Positions 58,024-64,000 of a stretch of DNA of 64,000 nucleotides are shown one piece after another; positions within the stretch are counted from its first letter, which is position 1; every line of letters starts with the position of its first letter. The position numbers and the translations under genes are program-made. The stretch comes from Octopus vulgaris (taxonomy: Eukaryota), in NCBI GenBank assembly GCA_951406725.2, contig OX597821.1, positions 8,556,001-8,620,000 of the forward strand. Direction: 5' to 3'. The notes below the pieces were generated by a model that made no database searches, was not told the DNA's origin, and was given only the letters and a program-made list of their open reading frames with translations.

Positions 58024-59070
58024 TCTATATTGTAATGTGATATATTGTTTCACTTTTATACTATTACTTTTAATTCTATCCACAACGATGACGACGATGA
58101 TGTCACATTTTGTATGAGTGCGTATCTGTCTGTGAATGTATGTGAGTGTATGAGTGTGTATATGTCTCACAGTGTGTGTCGTTCCACGTTAGGTACGTCA
58201 TTAAACACACTAAATGTATGTGAGATTTGGTCAGTGTCAAAACGAAATTTTATTTTCATTTCGATTAAAACAACAAAACATTTCATAGACATAATCTTTC
58301 TATTGTCAACAAGACATTATATACTACGACAGCAACGCTATCACATTTTCTGTATGGCTGTGTATCTGTCTGTGAGTGCATGTGTGTAAGTGTGTATTTC
58401 CGCGTTAGGTACGTTATTAAACATACACACACGCACGCACACACACATATATCTATATACATGCATATACATATGTGACGATTCGTGATGGTGTTTAAGT
58501 GTATGAGTGTGTATATGTCTTATACTGTGTGTATCTTTCCACGTTAGGTATGTTATTAACCCTACACTTCTACACATACGTGACGACTGACGACGACGAC
58601 GACGACGACGACGTCACATTTTGTATATGACTTTGTATCTCTCTGTGAATGTATGTGTGTGAGTGCAAGTGTGTGTGTGTCTTTCCACGTTTGGTACGTT
58701 ATTAAACATGCTATATGTAAATGAGGGTCGGTCAGTGTCAATACGAAATTTTATTTTCATTTCGATTATTTTCATTTACTTTCATTTCGATTAAAACAAT
58801 ATGAAATTTCAGAGATAATCTTTCTATTGTCAACAGGACATTTTATACCACAACGACAATGACATCACATTAGGTTTTGGTTAAGGCTCGGAATCCTCAA
58901 AACGGACGTATTACATGTCACTTAGTCGAATTAGACCATCATTTACTCCATGCATGTTTTGTCATCAATACTGCACTTTCCCGATTCACCTGTTTCAACA
59001 TAACTGTTATATATATATATATACAAACTATGCCATTTTAATCCCGAGCAACGCCGGGTATCTCTGCTAG
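58024..59070 (+). mobile_element. Non-autonomous Helitron with internal complex tandem repeats
   Basis: 5' a|TCTATAT. 3' hairpin CCCG-agcaacgc-CGGG, 8 nt, then CTAG|t. Internal repeats at 58082-58870. Confidence 0.7.
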
Positions 59071-59139
59071 TATACACATACACGCATACGCTCACACACA
59101 CACACACACAAACACACACACATACACACATATATATTT

Positions 59140-59350
59140 AAGTAATGCTTATTGTCACGTCAATATGAGTATTCTGTAGGAACCGACGTTACTACCATTT
59201 TTAACCTTAGGAGAATTCCCCTTCAGCTGGCTATCGATGCGCCCGCTTGCATCGATAATAAGTGAAAGGAGGGTCCTCCTGGGGGTTAAAGATAGTAGTC
59301 ACGTCGGTTCCTACAGAACAGCCATATTAAAGCGACAAGAGCTATTATTT
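59140..59350. repeat. About 210-bp imperfect palindrome (MITE-like)
   Basis: ttctgtaggaaccgacgt / acgtcggttcctacagaa arms and an inner tatcgatgc/gcatcgata stem. Confidence 0.8.
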
Positions 59351-59540
59351 ATTAGTATAGTAACTACTTACATCGTTTAAAAAAATTTCTAACAAGCTAA
59401 GTTTGCTAATATATATATATAAATTAGTAAAAAGTGAAAATACTACAGAAGGCTTGTTTTGAAAGGTTAAAAAATATATATTTGAGTCATTATGTCTGAA
59501 GAATGTTATAATTTTTTTTCATACAATGACATAGTTTTTG

Positions 59541-59580
59541 AAGAAATGACCGGTTTCGCGTTCAGCTTTTCAAATTTCTT
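59541..59580 (-). ncRNA. Minimal hammerhead with compensatory U3-A8 core
   Basis: AAGAAAT-TTGAAAA-GC-TGAAC-GC-GAAACCGGTC-ATTTCTT. Confidence 0.65.
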
Positions 59581-59732
59581 ACATCGTTATGTTTACGTTG
59601 AGAAATGTGAAGGAGAGTGAAGGAGAGTTCCATATAAGGGGAGGTAATAAGTGATTTCTTCCGGTGTAAGGGAGATAATCGCTTAATATTTCTTAATATT
59701 CAATCACGTGCTTTCACACACCAACTTTCTCA

Positions 59733-59770
<38 letters not shown>

Positions 59771-59916
59771 GTTTTATAATTATGACTATAATTATAATTA
59801 GGGTTCAGCAAAAAAATTTGCTTTGCCACATACCGATTTTTTTTTGCTGAACCCTAATTGGTGGAATTATTAATTACAAAGTAATTAATTTATTTTATCC
59901 TTTATTATTATTGAGA

Positions 59917-59992
<76 letters not shown>

Positions 59993-59994
<2 letters not shown>

Positions 59995-60242
59995 CAATTG
60001 CAGCGTGGAAGGTGTTTATAAGCCATTTAAGAAACACACAAAAGCCGTTCGATTCACTTCAACATTTAAGTCGCGGATTTTAGCGACGAAAATATTTTGA
60101 TAAATTAAACTTAAATGTTGAAGTGAATCGAACGGCTTTTGTGTGTTTCTTAAATGGTTTATAAACACCTTCCACGCTGTAATTGTTCTCGTTTCAGCAC
60201 ACGATCTCAGATCAAATTACTTGCTATGCGAGTACATCTCCG

Positions 60243-60245
<3 letters not shown>
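59993..60245 (+). mobile_element. Fold-back cassette with half-hammerhead, between (TA)n
   Basis: 79-bp arms 59993-60071 / 60109-60187. The spacer is GTCGC..GCGAC-GAAAATATTT. The tail is repeated at 48538-48620. Confidence 0.75.
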
Positions 60246-60302
<57 letters not shown>

Positions 60303-60363
60303 CTATATATAATATATATTTATTTATATAATCAAAATAAGCAACAAGAATGACCCCGGTAAT

Positions 60364-60449
60364 TCGGTACGATCGTTTCGGACTACATCATTTTATTAAA
60401 TGTTGTAAGTATTACAACAGATTCAAGATGCTGAGTACTCATCAGCCAA
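60364..60449 (-). ncRNA. Type I hammerhead ribozyme
   Basis: TTGG-CTGATGA-GTACT...AGTCC-GAAACGATCGTA-CCGA. Flank related to the 45324-45630 cassette. Confidence 0.72.
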
Positions 60450-60970
60450 TTACAAAGGTTTTCCATTAATACAAAAATTTTCAAATCAAGTGGCACCATT
60501 ATAGAGAAGGTAGATATACAGACAAAGATGTGGATTTAAATTTTAAGAACATATGAGGTAGTGAAGTCCTTCCACTGACTGACCAAGATATGGTTGTTCC
60601 TGACTGCTGTAAGGTTAGAAGCAATAACAATTTTTTTAATTGTATAAATGGGGTAAAGGAGGTTTCAGAACTCCATAAAAGGAATTCATGTTGAAGACAG
60701 CAATTGCCACTAATAAATCCCAATTACTATTATTTGATGAGAGAAACTAGGTCAATGTGAAATGGACCTAATCCCATTCACAGAGAGTGTAATTTACAGA
60801 AAAAAGGTGGGGGGAATCTTTCACTTATTATTATGAGTAGGCATAGTACTTTTTAACTGGGGGAAAGCCTTATTAATTTTAGAAAAAAATGTCAATTTCA
60901 AGTTTGCAGTGAAGTTTTTTAGTCATCTATGAATGTTAAATTGAAGGCTTGTATAGTAGATAGATAGATA

Positions 60971-61055
60971 CACACACGGGAAAATAGAAAAGGTTTCACC
61001 AAACGGATGCACACACGGGAAAATAGAAAAGGTTTCACCAAACGGATGCACACAC
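60971..61055. repeat. Perfect 39-bp tandem duplication
   Basis: cacacacgggaaaatagaaaaggtttcaccaaacggatg repeated twice, plus a partial third copy. Confidence 0.9.
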
Positions 61056-62050
61056 CCTCCATACCTCATCAGTTGTTAACCAATTATCGTCACAATTTTG
61101 TTCTCTTCCAACAATATTATTCATTTTGATAGTGTCAGCCATACATATAAACAAGTATACATATAAACAGAGTATAAACAAGTGGATATGATAGATGAAC
61201 GATGACAAAAACAGTAAATAAGACAAGTTATGTAAAGAACAGGGCAAAAACATATAATAAACGAAACAATCATGTGAATAAGACCAGGTATAGAATAAAC
61301 ACAAGGTGATACGAAGAAATGTACGTATAGAAAGAATCTCTTTCGACTTAGTGAAATAAGCAAAGTTGTGTGCCCTGGTCTTCGGAATAATTATGAAATA
61401 TTATGCAAATCATGAAAGGAAATAGATAAATAATTAAATAAATAAATATTTAGATAAATGGCTGATCAGTGGAACAGTTAATTAAGGAAGTTGGATTGCT
61501 TGAGAAACATGAAGGCTATGTCATGCCTTGTGAGACGAGAGAGAAGGAAATAGAAGCGGGCAGTCGAGAAAAAGACAAAGAGAGGGTGAAAGCAAGCGAG
61601 AGAGGGAGAGAGCTGTCTTAGGGAGGACAAAAAGGTTAGGAAGGAGAAAACGAAAATAAAAATAGATTGTAAGAGATAAATGGATGGAACAATAATGAGA
61701 TGAATGGGTACCCAGGTAAAATGATGCAAACAAAGGAAGAGAGATGCGGAAATAGAGAGAGAAAAAAAGAACGATCAGTGTTAGGTGAAAACGTCGGACA
61801 GAGAAAGCAGAAGAATTGTAAGAATAAAGGGAGAGATAGAAGAGTATGTGCGATAAGGAGGCAATACAGTGCTTTCTTGTCACACAGGCACGCGCGCGCG
61901 TACGCACACATACACATACACGCCTACATACAAACACATATACATGTATACATATATATGTATATATATAAATATATTTATATGTGTATATATATATATA
62001 TGTATGCAGATTTGTATTTATGTAGGAATCTATGTATATATATATATGTG

Positions 62051-62081
<31 letters not shown>

Positions 62082-62109
62082 CATAAGAAGACAGACAGAC
62101 AAAAGGGGA

Positions 62110-62151
<42 letters not shown>

Positions 62152-62273
62152 CTGTCTTAGGGAAGACAAAAAGGTTATGAAGGAGAAAAAAACTCCTCTA
62201 TCTTTCTCTCTTCCTTTATTCTCTTGCTTTCTCTGTCCAAAGTTTATACATATATATAAACTTTTGGACAGAA

Positions 62274-62643
<370 letters not shown>

Positions 62644-63429
62644 CCAAACATACACAAACGTTCTTTTGCTTTTTCTTAGCTTATGTTGGCCAATGATGAT
62701 GGCCAAGGCCATGTTACAGCACCACCTTTGGTTATTGCCTATTTTTCTGTTATTCGTTATTTTCTCCGCCGAACATCTTGGCGTCCAATTCTGATGTTGC
62801 TTTTTATGCTTAGCATAGCTAATTGTTAGATCGATGTATTTTGCATTCCTTCCACATCATTAAGGAACTGATATTAGTGTCAGTATCACTATGTATGTGT
62901 GTGCGCACGCGTGTATATATGTGTGTGTGTGTGTGTGAGTGTGTGTGACGTGCATATTCTGAACAAATTTGAAAGGCACGTGTTTGGTAAAGTTAATATA
63001 TGTCACTGTAAGTGTTGGTGTGTAGTTACGTGCTGTGGTTGAGTCTTTTGTCTAATCAATATTTGTTTAGGTGTTCGTGTAGTGTTTATAAAATAGTCGG
63101 CGGTTGAATTCAAGTTATATAATATTAAGATGTGATGGGAAGTGCGCATGATTTCAGTAATGTTGTGTTTGTGTGTTTCTGCTTGTGTTATGTAGCAGTG
63201 TATGATACTGCTGTACAATGCTAAAGTGATATATTGCATTAGGTGTTATATTACTTGTTATTTGTTTTGGCGCAGTTATAAGCTGTGTAATAGGAAGTAC
63301 ACTTCACAACCACATGACTTTTGGTTCAGTCCCACTGCATGGTGGCGTAGGGCAGTTTTCTCTACTACAGCCTCGGTACAACCAAAGGCTTGAGAGTGGA
63401 TTAAGTTGGCAGAAACTGAAAGAAGCCTG

Positions 63430-63482
<53 letters not shown>

Positions 63483-63593
63483 CGGTGAAAAGATGTATAG
63501 TAAAAACACAAACGAAAAGAAAAAGACCTATATTGGTTACTCAAACGGATGGAAAGCCGACACAGAAGTTTCCAATTTTTCCAATTTATATAT

Positions 63594-63706
<113 letters not shown>

Positions 63707-63740
63707 CATATGTATATATATATATGTATACCTATATATA

Positions 63741-64000
63741 GGGAGAGTTTACAAAAAAAAAAACAAAAGACGAAGACAGGTGGTGTACAAAACAAACAGA
63801 TGTATTAGTATAACACTCAGGAATAGAAAAAGTCTTTTACGTTTCGAGCCTACGCGCTTCTACAGAAAGGGACACAGAAAGAAACAAGGAGAGACACGAG
63901 GAGAGAAAAAAATGTGTGTAGTGACTAACGATCCATCATGGCGTCTGACTCGGACAGAAGGGTCACACACGAGAAGGAAAGTAGGGGAGATACAAAGTAA
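63741..64000 (-). mobile_element. Short Penelope-like cassette with A6U hammerhead-like motif (63834-63869), running off the window end
   Basis: CTTT-CTGTAGA-A-GCGC-GTAG-GCTC-GAAACGTA-AAAG. Flanks are homologous to 45035-45200 and 49222-49282. Confidence 0.65.

Noticed and set aside
58082-58870. Repeat-spacer-like pattern suggestive of a CRISPR array
   Set aside because: Eukaryotic context, irregular diverged units with homologous intervening sequence, and no cas genes.
60499-60960. Possible endonuclease remnant upstream of the 60364 hammerhead
   Set aside because: Only a faint ISWSV-like resemblance, too decayed to call.
61030-61080. CTGATGA...GAAAC on the minus strand
   Set aside because: Stem III, the cleavage site and stem I cannot be formed. 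The region is disrupted by the 39-bp duplication.

Overview
This is AT-rich, microsatellite-dense eukaryotic intergenic or intronic DNA. The SINE repertoire looks like an octopus (cephalopod) genome; that is an inference from recalled family features. I found no convincing host protein-coding exon, and nearly all listed ORFs are translations of simple repeats. The window is a layered transposon graveyard: decayed Tc1, mariner and DD37D (maT-like) transposases, two hAT fossils, two R4/Dong-type LINEs, a non-autonomous Helitron, MITEs, a possible solo LTR and many tRNA-derived SINEs, several with target-site duplications (TSDs). The most striking signal is about 12 type I hammerhead-ribozyme (HHR)-like motifs plus several partial ones. 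Two lie downstream of recognisable Penelope-type GIY-YIG endonuclease remnants. Most others sit in short non-coding, often fold-back cassettes beside or between (TA)n tracts. Several carry non-canonical cores, including a compensatory U3-A8 variant and a recurrent A6U variant. All folds, alignments and identities were judged by eye and coordinates are approximate.
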